In this document: positions 15,542 to 24,371 of the stretch, piece after piece | Layout: each line of letters starts with the position of its first letter | Position numbering within the stretch: the stretch's first letter is position 1 | Assembly (NCBI GenBank): GCA_965230925.1 | Contig: OZ246403.1 | Location: 3,367 to 67,366 of the forward strand | Origin: an uncultured Candidatus Saccharibacteria bacterium | Lineage (GTDB): Bacteria; Patescibacteriota; Minisyncoccia; Phycocordibacterales; JACOZG01 | Direction of reading: 5' to 3' | Length of the DNA stretch: 64,000 nucleotides | Program-made: the position numbers and the translations under genes | The notes under the pieces: generated by a model | What the model saw: the letters and a program-made list of their open reading frames with translations, nothing else | The model's database searches: none | What the model was told of the DNA's origin: nothing

Positions 15542-16816
15542 ATGCCGAGCTGGAAAGACTATTTTAAGAGTAAGAAAATCACGCTCATGGGGCTGGGGCT
15601 CTTGGGGCGGGGGGTTGGTGACGCTAAGTTTTTGGCCGAAATGGGGGCGGAGTTGATTGTGACTGATTTGAAAACGGCGGAACAACTGGAGACCTCGATC
15701 AAGCAACTTAAGAAATATCCCAATATTAAATTTATTTTGGGTGAGCATCGGCTCGAAGATTTCAAAGACAGAGACTTTGTTTTGCGAGCGGCAAACGTGC
15801 CGCTTGATTCAGTTTATATTGCTGAGGCCCGGAAGAATGGTATCCCAATCAAAATGGATGCCTCGTGGTTCGCGGAACTGATGCCGGGTGGCGTAATGCT
15901 TGTGGGTATTACCGGCACGCGCGGTAAGAGCACCACGACGCAGATGATTTATGAAATTTTGAAAGCCGCGAAGAAGCGAGTTTTCTTGGGTGGCAATGTG
16001 AAGGGCGTGGCGACCTTGCCGCTCTTGAAGAAGGTGAAGTCGGGCGACATTTTAGTGCTTGAACTCGACTCGTGGCAACTCCAAGGCTTCGGCGAGGCAC
16101 AGATGAGTCCGCAAATTGCGGTGTTTACCAACTTTATGCCCGATCACCTCAATTATTATAAAGGTGATATGAAGCAATATCTTGCCGATAAAGAAAATAT
16201 TTTTAAGTATCAGAAACCGGGGGACACTTTGGTTCGCGGCGAAACAGCAAAAAAATTACCGGCAAGTTGGAAGCTAAAAATTCTTGGCGCGCACAATCGA
16301 GTCAATGCCGCGTGTGCAGTAGAGGTGGGAAAAGTTTTGGAAATTCCAGAAAAGATTATTAAAAAAGCAGTTGAGAATTTTTCCGGCGTGCCCGGACGTT
16401 TAGAATTAGTTAGAACCGTTCGCGGGGTTAAGTATTATAATGACACCACAGCTACAAGTCCGGATGCGGTGATTGCGGCGATTGGCGCATTCGCCGCGGC
16501 GAAAAAGATTGTTTTAATCGCTGGTGGCACAGATAAAAATTTCCCTGATGAAAGCGTGGTCAAACTTGGTGAAAATTTGGCAAAAGTGAAAGAAGTTATT
16601 TTATTGCCCGGTACAGGAACAGAAAAACTCAAGAAGCTAATGAAGCTAAAAGCTAATGAAGCTGGAACTCTCGCCGATGCTCTAAAAATGGCTCAAAATA
16701 AGGCTAAATCAGGCGACACCGTTCTCTTAAGTCCAGGTTTTGCCTCTTTTGGTCTCTTTAAGAATGAGTACGACCGCGGAAATCAATTTGATAAGTTTGT
16801 GAAGAAGTTGAAATGA
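15542..16816 (+). CDS. murD: UDP-N-acetylmuramoyl-L-alanine--D-glutamate ligase
   Basis: N-terminal Rossmann segment KITLMGLGLLGRGVG. Mur ligase P-loop GITGTRGKSTTTQMIYEIL. Length and C-terminal domain typical of MurD. Confidence 0.8.
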   Translation: MPSWKDYFKSKKITLMGLGLLGRGVGDAKFLAEMGAELIVTDLKTAEQLETSIKQLKKYPNIKFILGEHRLEDFKDRDFVLRAANVPLDSVYIAEARKNGIPIKMDASWFAELMPGGVMLVGITGTRGKSTTTQMIYEILKAAKKRVFLGGNVKGVATLPLLKKVKSGDILVLELDSWQLQGFGEAQMSPQIAVFTNFMPDHLNYYKGDMKQYLADKENIFKYQKPGDTLVRGETAKKLPASWKLKILGAHNRVNAACAVEVGKVLEIPEKIIKKAVENFSGVPGRLELVRTVRGVKYYNDTTATSPDAVIAAIGAFAAAKKIVLIAGGTDKNFPDESVVKLGENLAKVKEVILLPGTGTEKLKKLMKLKANEAGTLADALKMAQNKAKSGDTVLLSPGFASFGLFKNEYDRGNQFDKFVKKLK

Positions 16817-17283
16817 GAATCTTATTTTGGCGAACATTTTATTTTTTTGTAAATCCTTTTCGCCGTCTGTATTGGTTTGTTGTTCGGCCAAAAACTCGTG
16901 GTGTTAAGTGTGTAATTTTTTGGCAAGACAAGATTCTCTTGGTTCGCTTGGCATATGCCCATAAAAAATGGACAATTCCTGGCGGCGGAGTAAAGCGCCA
17001 TGAGACCCCAGAGCAAGCGGCCAAACGAGAGTTGAGAGAAGAAGTAGGAATCAATTTGTCTGCATTAAATCATTGTGGTTCTTATCAAACCGTTAAGGAG
17101 TATAAACGGGATACAGTAGATTGTTTTTATGCTAATGTGGAATCGCCAGATTTTGTGCTTGATGATTTAGAAATTAGCGAAGCAGGGTGGTTCTCACTTG
17201 ATGATTTACCTGAAAACCGCGTTCCGCGTGTTAATAAAATAATTCCTTTTTGTAAAAAACTTTTACACGATCAAGAAAACTAA
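16813..17283 (+). CDS. NUDIX hydrolase
   Basis: Nudix box GGGVKRHETPEQAAKRELREEVGI (GX5EX7REUXEEXGU). Confidence 0.75.
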   Translation: MRILFWRTFYFFVNPFRRLYWFVVRPKTRGVKCVIFWQDKILLVRLAYAHKKWTIPGGGVKRHETPEQAAKRELREEVGINLSALNHCGSYQTVKEYKRDTVDCFYANVESPDFVLDDLEISEAGWFSLDDLPENRVPRVNKIIPFCKKLLHDQEN

Positions 17284-18098
17284 AGTGAGGGTGGGTAAAT
17301 TGCCACGGTGACGTTTGTGAATTGTTCTTTGCCGCTGTCGCGCACATGACTAGACCAGCGATGATTGCCTTGCTCGTCTAACTCTCCGTAGGTATCACCA
17401 GAATATTTTTTGATTTGATTTACTGGAACCCCTAATTGTTCGAGTCGGTTAGAGATCATTTGCTGAAGATTAATGTGTCCGTCTTCTGGCTTGTCAAGAA
17501 AACAGTTTTCACCCCAGTTAGCCAAAATTTCTTTAATTAGAATTTTGTTTTTCTCGCCATAGACAGGATCATTGGCAGAATAAATAAAGTGTTCCGGGCC
17601 GAGGGTTGGACCAATGAAGACCTGGGTTTCTTTTGGTTCTGTGCCTAAGTGAATTGCAGTAGAGATTGCATTATCGACGACACCTTTTTGTTCACTAGAC
17701 TCAGGCAATACTGATCGTAAACCAGCATGGAAGGCGATAATTGAATTGTCTTGGTTGTTTGGACAATAACAAAACACTGGCGCGCAGTCAGCCGAGCGAA
17801 TAATCGCGGCTTCGCCAGCATGGATTGCAAATCCTTCAGCCTGCGGTACGCCATAGAGTTCAACATCGTTAACATTGCCCCATTTCAAATAATTTTCTCG
17901 GTCAAGATTAATTTGGCCATTGAATAGCTGGGGAACATTTGGTTTATAAATTTTGTCCACCCCAAACTTTTTCACCTTTTCCACTACTGGTGTGAGGGCT
18001 TCTGGTGTGTCAGCCGTGGAGCGAGGCTTAGGGAGGCGATAATTAAGGCCAAAAAGCTCGAGAACGATTGCTTGATTGGTAAATGGCTTTATTGTCAT
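17280..18098 (-). CDS. pgeF: PgeF/YfiH-family (DUF152) purine-nucleoside phosphorylase / peptidoglycan editing factor-like protein. The ORF extends to 18161, but that would overlap murC head-to-head.
   Basis: Motifs SADCAPV and AFHAGLRSV (about 19 aa apart) and FIGPTLGPEHF resemble the YfiH Cys/His triad region. Confidence 0.5.
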   Translation of the reverse strand: MTIKPFTNQAIVLELFGLNYRLPKPRSTADTPEALTPVVEKVKKFGVDKIYKPNVPQLFNGQINLDRENYLKWGNVNDVELYGVPQAEGFAIHAGEAAIIRSADCAPVFCYCPNNQDNSIIAFHAGLRSVLPESSEQKGVVDNAISTAIHLGTEPKETQVFIGPTLGPEHFIYSANDPVYGEKNKILIKEILANWGENCFLDKPEDGHINLQQMISNRLEQLGVPVNQIKKYSGDTYGELDEQGNHRWSSHVRDSGKEQFTNVTVAIYPPSL

Positions 18099-18128
18099 TT
18101 TAGGCAAAACTAGTTTATCATTCTTCCC

Positions 18129-19379
18129 ATGATTGAGCTTGAACGGGCGAAGAAAGTCCATTTTATCGGCATTGGCGGCATTGGTGTCTCGGCTATTGCC
18201 CGGATGATGGTGGGTGAAGGTAATCCGCCAGCTGGCGGAGTGAGCGGTTCTGACCGAGGGCCGTCTCCAGTCACAGAAGGGTTAGAAAAGTTGGGGGTAA
18301 AAATCTTTTTTGAACAAACGGCAGAAAATATTAAACCTGATGTTGATCTGGTAATTTATAGTTTGTCGATTCCTGACACTAATCCTGAACTGGCGCGAGC
18401 GCGAGAGCTTAAGATTCCAACCTTCTCTTATCCCGAGGTTTTGGGCCACATTTCGAAGCAGAAGTTCACCATCGCCGTGTCTGGGACGCATGGAAAAACG
18501 ACCACCACGGCCATGATCGCCGCAATTTTAGTTGCGGCTAAGTTTGATCCCACTGTTGTGGTCGGGAGTCTTCTGAAAGGGAGTGAAAGTAATTTTATTG
18601 CGGGCAAAAGTGAATATTTCGTGGTCGAGGCTTGTGAATACAAAAGGTCTTTCTTGAACTTGTGGCCGAAGATTCTGGTGATCACCAACATCGACAATGA
18701 TCATCTTGATTACTATAAAGACATGAACGATATTCAGTCAGCTTTTGACGAACTTAAGGCAAAAGTTCCGGCTGACGGTAAGGTGATTACGAGTAAAGAA
18801 TATGAACGGGTGCCAGTTGATTTTAAATTACAAGTCCCGGGCGAACATAATGTGAAGAACGCTCAAGCCGCGCTCGCGGTAGCGGCCGCGCTTGGTATTG
18901 AGCGGAGTGTGGCGGTTAAGGCGCTCGAAGGATTTACCGGCACTTGGCGGCGATTTGAGCTCAAAGGTAAAACTCCTGCTGGTACCTTCGTCTACGATGA
19001 TTATGCCCATCATCCTACCGCTATTCGTGCCACGCTCAAAGCGGCACGGGAGCTAGCCGGTGAGCACAAGGTTTTTGTAGTCTTCCAACCCCATCTCTAC
19101 AGCCGGACCAAGCATTCTTTTGATGACTTTGCCCAGAGTTTCAAAGACGCTGATCTTGCAATTATTGCGCCCATTTACGCCGCGCGCGAGCCGGTTGACC
19201 CGACTGTTTCTGGTGAAATGTTGGCACAAGCAGTACAAGAGAAAACGGGCAACGGTCTTTACCTCGCTACCTTAGAAGAAATGCGGGATAAGCTCCTGTC
19301 TGAAACGAGGTCCGGTGACATAATTATGACCATGGGCGCTGGCGACATTTACCACTTAGCAGATGATCTGTTAAAATAA
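18129..19379 (+). CDS. murC: UDP-N-acetylmuramate--L-alanine ligase
   Basis: N-terminus HFIGIGGIGVSAIA. P-loop VSGTHGKTTTTAMIAAIL. Mur ligase C-terminal domain present. Confidence 0.85.
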   Translation: MIELERAKKVHFIGIGGIGVSAIARMMVGEGNPPAGGVSGSDRGPSPVTEGLEKLGVKIFFEQTAENIKPDVDLVIYSLSIPDTNPELARARELKIPTFSYPEVLGHISKQKFTIAVSGTHGKTTTTAMIAAILVAAKFDPTVVVGSLLKGSESNFIAGKSEYFVVEACEYKRSFLNLWPKILVITNIDNDHLDYYKDMNDIQSAFDELKAKVPADGKVITSKEYERVPVDFKLQVPGEHNVKNAQAALAVAAALGIERSVAVKALEGFTGTWRRFELKGKTPAGTFVYDDYAHHPTAIRATLKAARELAGEHKVFVVFQPHLYSRTKHSFDDFAQSFKDADLAIIAPIYAAREPVDPTVSGEMLAQAVQEKTGNGLYLATLEEMRDKLLSETRSGDIIMTMGAGDIYHLADDLLK

Positions 19380-19386
19380 CCGGCTA

Positions 19387-19551
19387 ATGAATCAAGAAGT
19401 TCGTCGGAATAAAAATTGGACCAGCGTTTTCTTCGGCCTTTTGGTTGCCCTTTTGCCACTTTCTGGTCTTCCGGGCTGGATCAAAACGCCGGCCTTGGTG
19501 GTCTGTGGCCTCATTATTGTTCTCATTGCCCTTTCTGGCCAGCGTCGATGA
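19387..19551 (+). CDS. Small (54 aa) two-TM membrane protein ORF whose ATGA stop/start overlaps the next gene
   Basis: MNQEVRRNKNWTSVFFGLLVALLPLSGLPGWIKTPALVVCGLIIVLIALSGQRR. Not in the supplied ORF track because it is under 60 aa. The coupling geometry suggests it may be real. Confidence 0.3.
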   Translation: MNQEVRRNKNWTSVFFGLLVALLPLSGLPGWIKTPALVVCGLIIVLIALSGQRR

Positions 19552-20750
19552 TTAAATTTTCTTTGCTTTTCATTTGCCTAGTGACCTTGTTCTTCCTAGG
19601 CTTTTTTAACCTACCTCAGCATTGGTTTGTGGATAATTACGAGCTTCAAACGGCGGCTGTGGCCAAGATGGTGGCTGCTCCTGTTGTTACAACACCAAAA
19701 GAGCCAGAAGTTGCTCATATCAAGACACCGGAGCCGCTCAAAGCAATTTACATGACCAGTTGGGTGGCGGGTACGAGATCAATTCGCGAGAAGTTGGTAA
19801 AAATTATTGATGAAACCGAGATTAATGCGCTCGTGATTGATATTAAGGATTACACCGGTCAGAATGCGCTAACCGACGGCCGGATGCCAGATATTAAAGA
19901 GTTTATCGAGAGTTTGCATGAGAAAAACGTGTACGTGATTGGTCGGATCGCAGTGTTTCAAGATCCGCTTTTTGTGAAAGAGCGTCCGGATCTCGCGGTG
20001 AAGCGAGCTAGCGATGGTGAGGTTTGGAAGGATCGCAAGGGGATTAGCTGGCTCGACGCGGCGGCTAAAGAGGCTTGGGAACGAGCGGCGGACTTGGCGC
20101 GCGAGAGTTATGCGCTTGGCTTTGACGAAATTAATTTTGATTACATTCGCTTCCCATCCGACGGCAATATGGAAGATATTGCCTATCCATTTTATGATAA
20201 AACGACTACGACAAAGCCAGAAGTGTTGCGCCAATTTTTTGCTTATCTCGATAAAGAATTGAGTGATATTCCGTTGCCAATTTCTGCCGATCTCTTCGGC
20301 CTCACCACGAGCGCCAAGGATGATCTCGGTATTGGCCAAATTTTAGAAGACGCGGCGCCGTATTTCGATTACATCGCGCCGATGGTTTACCCGTCGCATT
20401 TCGCCGCTGGCTTCGAAGGACTTAAGAATCCAGCCGCGAACCCGTATGAAGTGATTAAATATTCAATGGACGAGGCCGTGAAAAAGCTCAATCCGCCTGA
20501 TCCTTTACCAGCCGCCTCCGCTACTGCTACGTCGAGCCAAGCCACCACTACGCTGCAAGTTAAGCCGAAACCAAAATATAACCCGCTTAAACTTCGCCCT
20601 TGGCTTCAAGACTTCGATCTCGGTGCCGACTACACCGCCGACATGGTCCGCGCCCAAATCCAAGCCACCTACGACGCTGGTCTCACCAGCTGGATGCTTT
20701 GGGATCCTTCAAATAAATATACAAAAGAAGCGCTAGAGCCTGCTTTGTAA
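19548..20750 (+). CDS. Putative glycoside hydrolase-like TIM-barrel protein (GHL / DUF4015-like) with an N-terminal membrane anchor. The track ORF starts at 19416 but the likely start is 19548.
   Basis: Hydrophobic N-terminus MIKFSLLFICLVTLFFLGFF. Motifs KAIYMTSW, NALVIDIKDYTGQ, IGRIAVFQD and EINFDYIRFP resemble the GHL10/DUF4015 family. Confidence 0.45.
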   Translation: MIKFSLLFICLVTLFFLGFFNLPQHWFVDNYELQTAAVAKMVAAPVVTTPKEPEVAHIKTPEPLKAIYMTSWVAGTRSIREKLVKIIDETEINALVIDIKDYTGQNALTDGRMPDIKEFIESLHEKNVYVIGRIAVFQDPLFVKERPDLAVKRASDGEVWKDRKGISWLDAAAKEAWERAADLARESYALGFDEINFDYIRFPSDGNMEDIAYPFYDKTTTTKPEVLRQFFAYLDKELSDIPLPISADLFGLTTSAKDDLGIGQILEDAAPYFDYIAPMVYPSHFAAGFEGLKNPAANPYEVIKYSMDEAVKKLNPPDPLPAASATATSSQATTTLQVKPKPKYNPLKLRPWLQDFDLGADYTADMVRAQIQATYDAGLTSWMLWDPSNKYTKEALEPAL

Positions 20751-20766
20751 AAGCCCACAACAAGGT

Positions 20767-20772
20767 TATAAT
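20767..20772 (+). promoter_or_regulatory. Consensus -10 hexamer TATAAT ending 8 nt before the ATG at 20781, giving a predicted leaderless mRNA
   Basis: Sequence GGTTATAATCCTTGATAATGG. The predicted transcription start coincides with the A of the ATG. Confidence 0.3.
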
Positions 20773-20780
20773 CCTTGATA

Positions 20781-22430
20781 ATGGAAAATAAGCCCAAGGA
20801 TCGGATTTATTTTGGCGAAACGGACTTTCGCGGGAAGAAGACGCCATTTGGGATTAAGCTCGAGGATCGGATGCGCCACGTGTATGTGATCGGAAAGACG
20901 GGTATGGGTAAATCAACCGTGCTCGAGAACATGGCCATTCAAGATATTCAGAACGGCCACGGCATGGCCTTCATGGATCCACACGGAGGTACGGCGGAGA
21001 AGCTCTTGGAATATGTACCCAAGGAGCGGATTAAAGATGTGGTGTACTTTGCTCCCTTTGATCTCGATAATCCAATCTCCTTTAATGTGATGGAGAACGT
21101 GGGAATTGATCAGCGTCACCTTGTGGTCTCTGGTTTGATGAGTGCGTTTAAGAAGATTTGGGTTGACGCTTGGAGCGCTCGGATGGAATATATTCTCCAG
21201 AACACCTTGCTGGCGCTTTTGGAGTATCCCAACTCAACCTTGCTTGGGGTTAACAGAATGTTGTCTGACAAGGAGTATCGCAAGAAGGTGGTGGACAACG
21301 TCACCGACCCCGGCGTGAGATCCTTTTGGGTAGACGAGTTTGCCAAGTATACCGAGCGGATGGCGGCTGAAGCCGTGCCAGCGATTCAAAACAAGATTGG
21401 TCAGTTTACTTCCAACCCACTGATTCGCAATATTGTTGGCCAGTCTCGGTCATCATTTGATTTCCGCAACATCATGGACGAGGGGAAGATCTTGATCATT
21501 AACCTCTCGAAGGGACGGATGGGCGAGGGTAATGCCAATCTTATCGGCTCAATGCTCATTACCAAAATTTATCTCACGGCGATGTCGCGGGCGAATTTAT
21601 CTTCGGCGGAAATTCGGAAGATGCCACCGTTTTATTTCTTCGTTGATGAATTCCAGAGCTTTGCCAATGAGAGCTTTGCCAACATTCTTTCTGAGGCGCG
21701 GAAATATAAGCTCTCGCTTCACATTGCGCATCAATACATTGAGCAAATGAGCGAGGAGGTGCGCGCAGCCGTGTTTGGTAACGTTGGTTCCATTCTCACG
21801 TTTCGTGTTGGTCCCTTCGACGCTGAGGTGCTCGAGAAAATATTTTTTCCTACGTTTACCAAAGAGGACTTAGTGAATCTCGGACGCTTTCAGCTCTACT
21901 TAACTCTAATGATCGATGGTATCGGCTCGCCGCCGTTCTCGGCCACTGGTTTGCCACCAATTGCCGCGATGGGAGAAAATTATGTTCAGGAAATTATCGA
22001 GTTGGGTCGCAAAACTTATGCTAAACCGCGCGAGCAGGTAGAGAAAGAAATTGCCGATTGGCACGAGGAGGGAAAGGTTGCGAGTATTGCCACACCACCA
22101 CGGATGGCTACTGCGCCACGACCAGCTTCTCCTAGACCGCCGCTACAGACTTCGGAGCCTCCTCGATCGGCTAGAACGACCGTTGCGCCGGAAAAAATCG
22201 TTTCGTTGAGCGCTTTGCGCCAGAAGGCAGAAACAGCTAAGGCTAAAGATGTTCGGCCCAAGAATCGCGACGAGTTAAAGAAGTCACTTAAGGATATTTT
22301 GGGTAAAATTGATGAGGAAAAGAAAAAAAGTGAGCCGACACAAACGCCAAAACAATCAGTAACACAGCCAGCCCAACCTTCTGCTAATGAAATTCCGCGT
22401 GACCAACTCGAGAAGATGTTGAAGGTATGA
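20781..22430 (+). CDS. TraD/VirD4-like (DUF87 / T4SS DNA-transfer family) AAA+ ATPase with a Pro/Ala-rich C-terminal tail (alternative TTG start at 20775)
   Basis: Walker A VIGKTGMGKST. Walker B-like FYFFVDEFQSF. The overall pattern is typical of type IV coupling-protein-like ATPases. No other T4SS genes are in the window. Confidence 0.5.
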   Translation: MENKPKDRIYFGETDFRGKKTPFGIKLEDRMRHVYVIGKTGMGKSTVLENMAIQDIQNGHGMAFMDPHGGTAEKLLEYVPKERIKDVVYFAPFDLDNPISFNVMENVGIDQRHLVVSGLMSAFKKIWVDAWSARMEYILQNTLLALLEYPNSTLLGVNRMLSDKEYRKKVVDNVTDPGVRSFWVDEFAKYTERMAAEAVPAIQNKIGQFTSNPLIRNIVGQSRSSFDFRNIMDEGKILIINLSKGRMGEGNANLIGSMLITKIYLTAMSRANLSSAEIRKMPPFYFFVDEFQSFANESFANILSEARKYKLSLHIAHQYIEQMSEEVRAAVFGNVGSILTFRVGPFDAEVLEKIFFPTFTKEDLVNLGRFQLYLTLMIDGIGSPPFSATGLPPIAAMGENYVQEIIELGRKTYAKPREQVEKEIADWHEEGKVASIATPPRMATAPRPASPRPPLQTSEPPRSARTTVAPEKIVSLSALRQKAETAKAKDVRPKNRDELKKSLKDILGKIDEEKKKSEPTQTPKQSVTQPAQPSANEIPRDQLEKMLKV

Positions 22431-22966
22431 GAATTCTTATTTTTTCTCTCGCGTATTTGCCCTTTGTGGGTGGGGCTGAAGTAGCGATCAAGGATATTAC
22501 CGATCGTTTACCTGAACATGAGTTTGAAATGATTACGGCCAATTTAGACGGGAGGCAAAAGAAGACAGAAAAAATTGGGAATGTTTTGGTGCGAAGAATC
22601 GGGTCAGGAAAATTTTCAAAATATTTTTATCAGTGGCAGGCGGCAATTTTGGCACGTAAATTGCATCAAGAAAAACCGTACGATTTAACTTGGGCCATGA
22701 TGGCGAATCAAGCGGGGATGGCGGCGGCGGGTTTTAAAAAACATTTTCCTAATGTTCCGTTTTTGCTCACCTTGCAAGAAGGGGATGATTTTTCGAGCTT
22801 TGGTTATGCTACACGTTTGCTTGGTCCAAGGTTGTGGCGCGTGTTTCAAAGGGCCGATTATTGCCAGGCCATTTCCCAATATTTGGCTAAATGGGGCCGT
22901 GAAATGGGGTTCAGGGGTGAAATTGCCGTGATTCCAAATGGGGTTAATCTTCCCAAGTCTATATGA
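22427..22966 (+). CDS. GT4 glycosyltransferase, N-terminal (Glyco_trans_4-like) half only
   Basis: MRILIFSLAYLPFVGGAEVAIKDI... ends with the linker motif IPNGVNLPKSI and then a stop. The reading frame differs from the next ORF. Confidence 0.55.
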   Translation: MRILIFSLAYLPFVGGAEVAIKDITDRLPEHEFEMITANLDGRQKKTEKIGNVLVRRIGSGKFSKYFYQWQAAILARKLHQEKPYDLTWAMMANQAGMAAAGFKKHFPNVPFLLTLQEGDDFSSFGYATRLLGPRLWRVFQRADYCQAISQYLAKWGREMGFRGEIAVIPNGVNLPKSI

Positions 22967-23508
22967 TAACCATTATTCACACCGGGCGGTTGGTGGCAAA
23001 AAATGGCATATGCGATTTAATCCAGGCGCTCACTTATTTGCCGAGTGAAGTAAAACTGCAATTGCTCGGAGGTGGTGAGGAAGAAATGATGTTAAAAAAT
23101 TTGGCAAAGAAACTTGGTGTTGCCGCGCGAGTTGAATTTCTAGGTCACGTGCCACCCGAACGGGTAGCAGAGTATTTGCATCGCGCCGATATTTTTTGCC
23201 GTCCTTCACTTTCCGAAGGATTGGGGATTTCTTTTCTTGAAGCGATGGGGGCGGGTTTACCCACGATTGGTACAGCGGTTGGGGGAATTCCTGATTTTCT
23301 CAAACACCTAGAAACCGGTTGGATTTGCGAGGTAAAAAATCCCAAAAGTATCGCCGATCAGGTTAAGTTTATTATTGATCCAGTGAATCAAGCTAAAGTT
23401 CAAGAAATTGTGGCCCGTGCTCGGAAGCTTGTAGAAGAAAAGTACAATTGGGACACGGTGGCGAGGGAGATAAATGTAATTTTTAAAAAAACTCAGAATT
23501 TGCTTTAA
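22963..23508 (+). CDS. GT4 glycosyltransferase, C-terminal (Glycos_transf_1) half only
   Basis: IIHTGRLVAKNGI...LQLLGGGEEE...FCRPSLSEGLGISFLEAMGAGLPTIGTAVGGIPDFL carries the E-x7-E-like motif. The start overlaps the previous stop (ATGA). Confidence 0.55.
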   Translation: MITIIHTGRLVAKNGICDLIQALTYLPSEVKLQLLGGGEEEMMLKNLAKKLGVAARVEFLGHVPPERVAEYLHRADIFCRPSLSEGLGISFLEAMGAGLPTIGTAVGGIPDFLKHLETGWICEVKNPKSIADQVKFIIDPVNQAKVQEIVARARKLVEEKYNWDTVAREINVIFKKTQNLL

Positions 23509-23510
23509 AA

Positions 23511-24371
23511 ATGAAAACCTTTTTAGTTACCGGCGGCGCCGGATTCATAGGTTCCCATTTAATTGAGTCGCTTGTGGCAGAAGGAAACAACCGTGTTTTT
23601 TCCCTAGACAACTATTTTACCGGCAAAAAGGAAAATCATGTGCCTGGTGCCGAATACATTGAAGGAGATACTAAGAATATTCAAGAACTGGTTAAAGTAA
23701 AACCCGACATTGTTTTTCATCTTGGTGAATATTCTCGAGTGGAGAAGAGTTTTGAGGATATGCGGTTGGTGTGGAATTACAATAAGGATGGAACCTTTGC
23801 AGTGCTTGAGTTTTGCCGAAACTGTGGGGCAAAACTAGTTTACGCTGGCTCGAGTACTAAGTTTGGTGATGGGGGTCTTGGTCGTGATCAGAGTCCGTAC
23901 GCATGGACAAAAGCAAGTAATTCCGAGCTTATTAAGAATTATCATCAGTGGTTCGGCCTTTCTTATGCTATCGCATATTTTTATAATGTGTACGGTCCCA
24001 GAGAAATTACTGAAGGTGCTTATGCCACGGTTATCGGGATCTTTAAAAGACAGCACAAAAGTCAGAAACCACTTACCGTGGTTGAACCAGGCACTCAATT
24101 ACGCAACTTTACCCACGTGAAAGACATAGTGAGTGGGCTAATAAAGATTGGTGAGACGGGTGAGGGGGATAACTATGGACTCGGCGCCAAGGATGCTTAT
24201 CAGATTCTTGAGGTGGCAAAAATGTTTAATTCAGATATTGTAATGTTACAACCGCGCTCAGGGAACCGTTTAACCGCCGAGCTTGACGTGAGCCGATCAG
24301 AGAAAGAGCTTGGTTGGCAGGCCACAGAAAGCTTGAAAGAACATATCCAGGAATTTATTAAAAAATCATGA
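23511..24371 (+). CDS. NAD-dependent epimerase/dehydratase family (SDR) protein
   Basis: Rossmann motif VTGGAGFIGSHL. YxxxK region YAWTKAS. Confidence 0.65.
   Translation: MKTFLVTGGAGFIGSHLIESLVAEGNNRVFSLDNYFTGKKENHVPGAEYIEGDTKNIQELVKVKPDIVFHLGEYSRVEKSFEDMRLVWNYNKDGTFAVLEFCRNCGAKLVYAGSSTKFGDGGLGRDQSPYAWTKASNSELIKNYHQWFGLSYAIAYFYNVYGPREITEGAYATVIGIFKRQHKSQKPLTVVEPGTQLRNFTHVKDIVSGLIKIGETGEGDNYGLGAKDAYQILEVAKMFNSDIVMLQPRSGNRLTAELDVSRSEKELGWQATESLKEHIQEFIKKS

Noticed and set aside
19416-19547. N-terminal 44-aa extension of the GH-like ORF (MDQRFLRPFGCPF...)
   Set aside because: The extension has no signal or TM logic, whereas the internal Met at 19548 begins a typical membrane anchor. In addition, a well-formed small ORF ends by ATGA overlap exactly at 19548.
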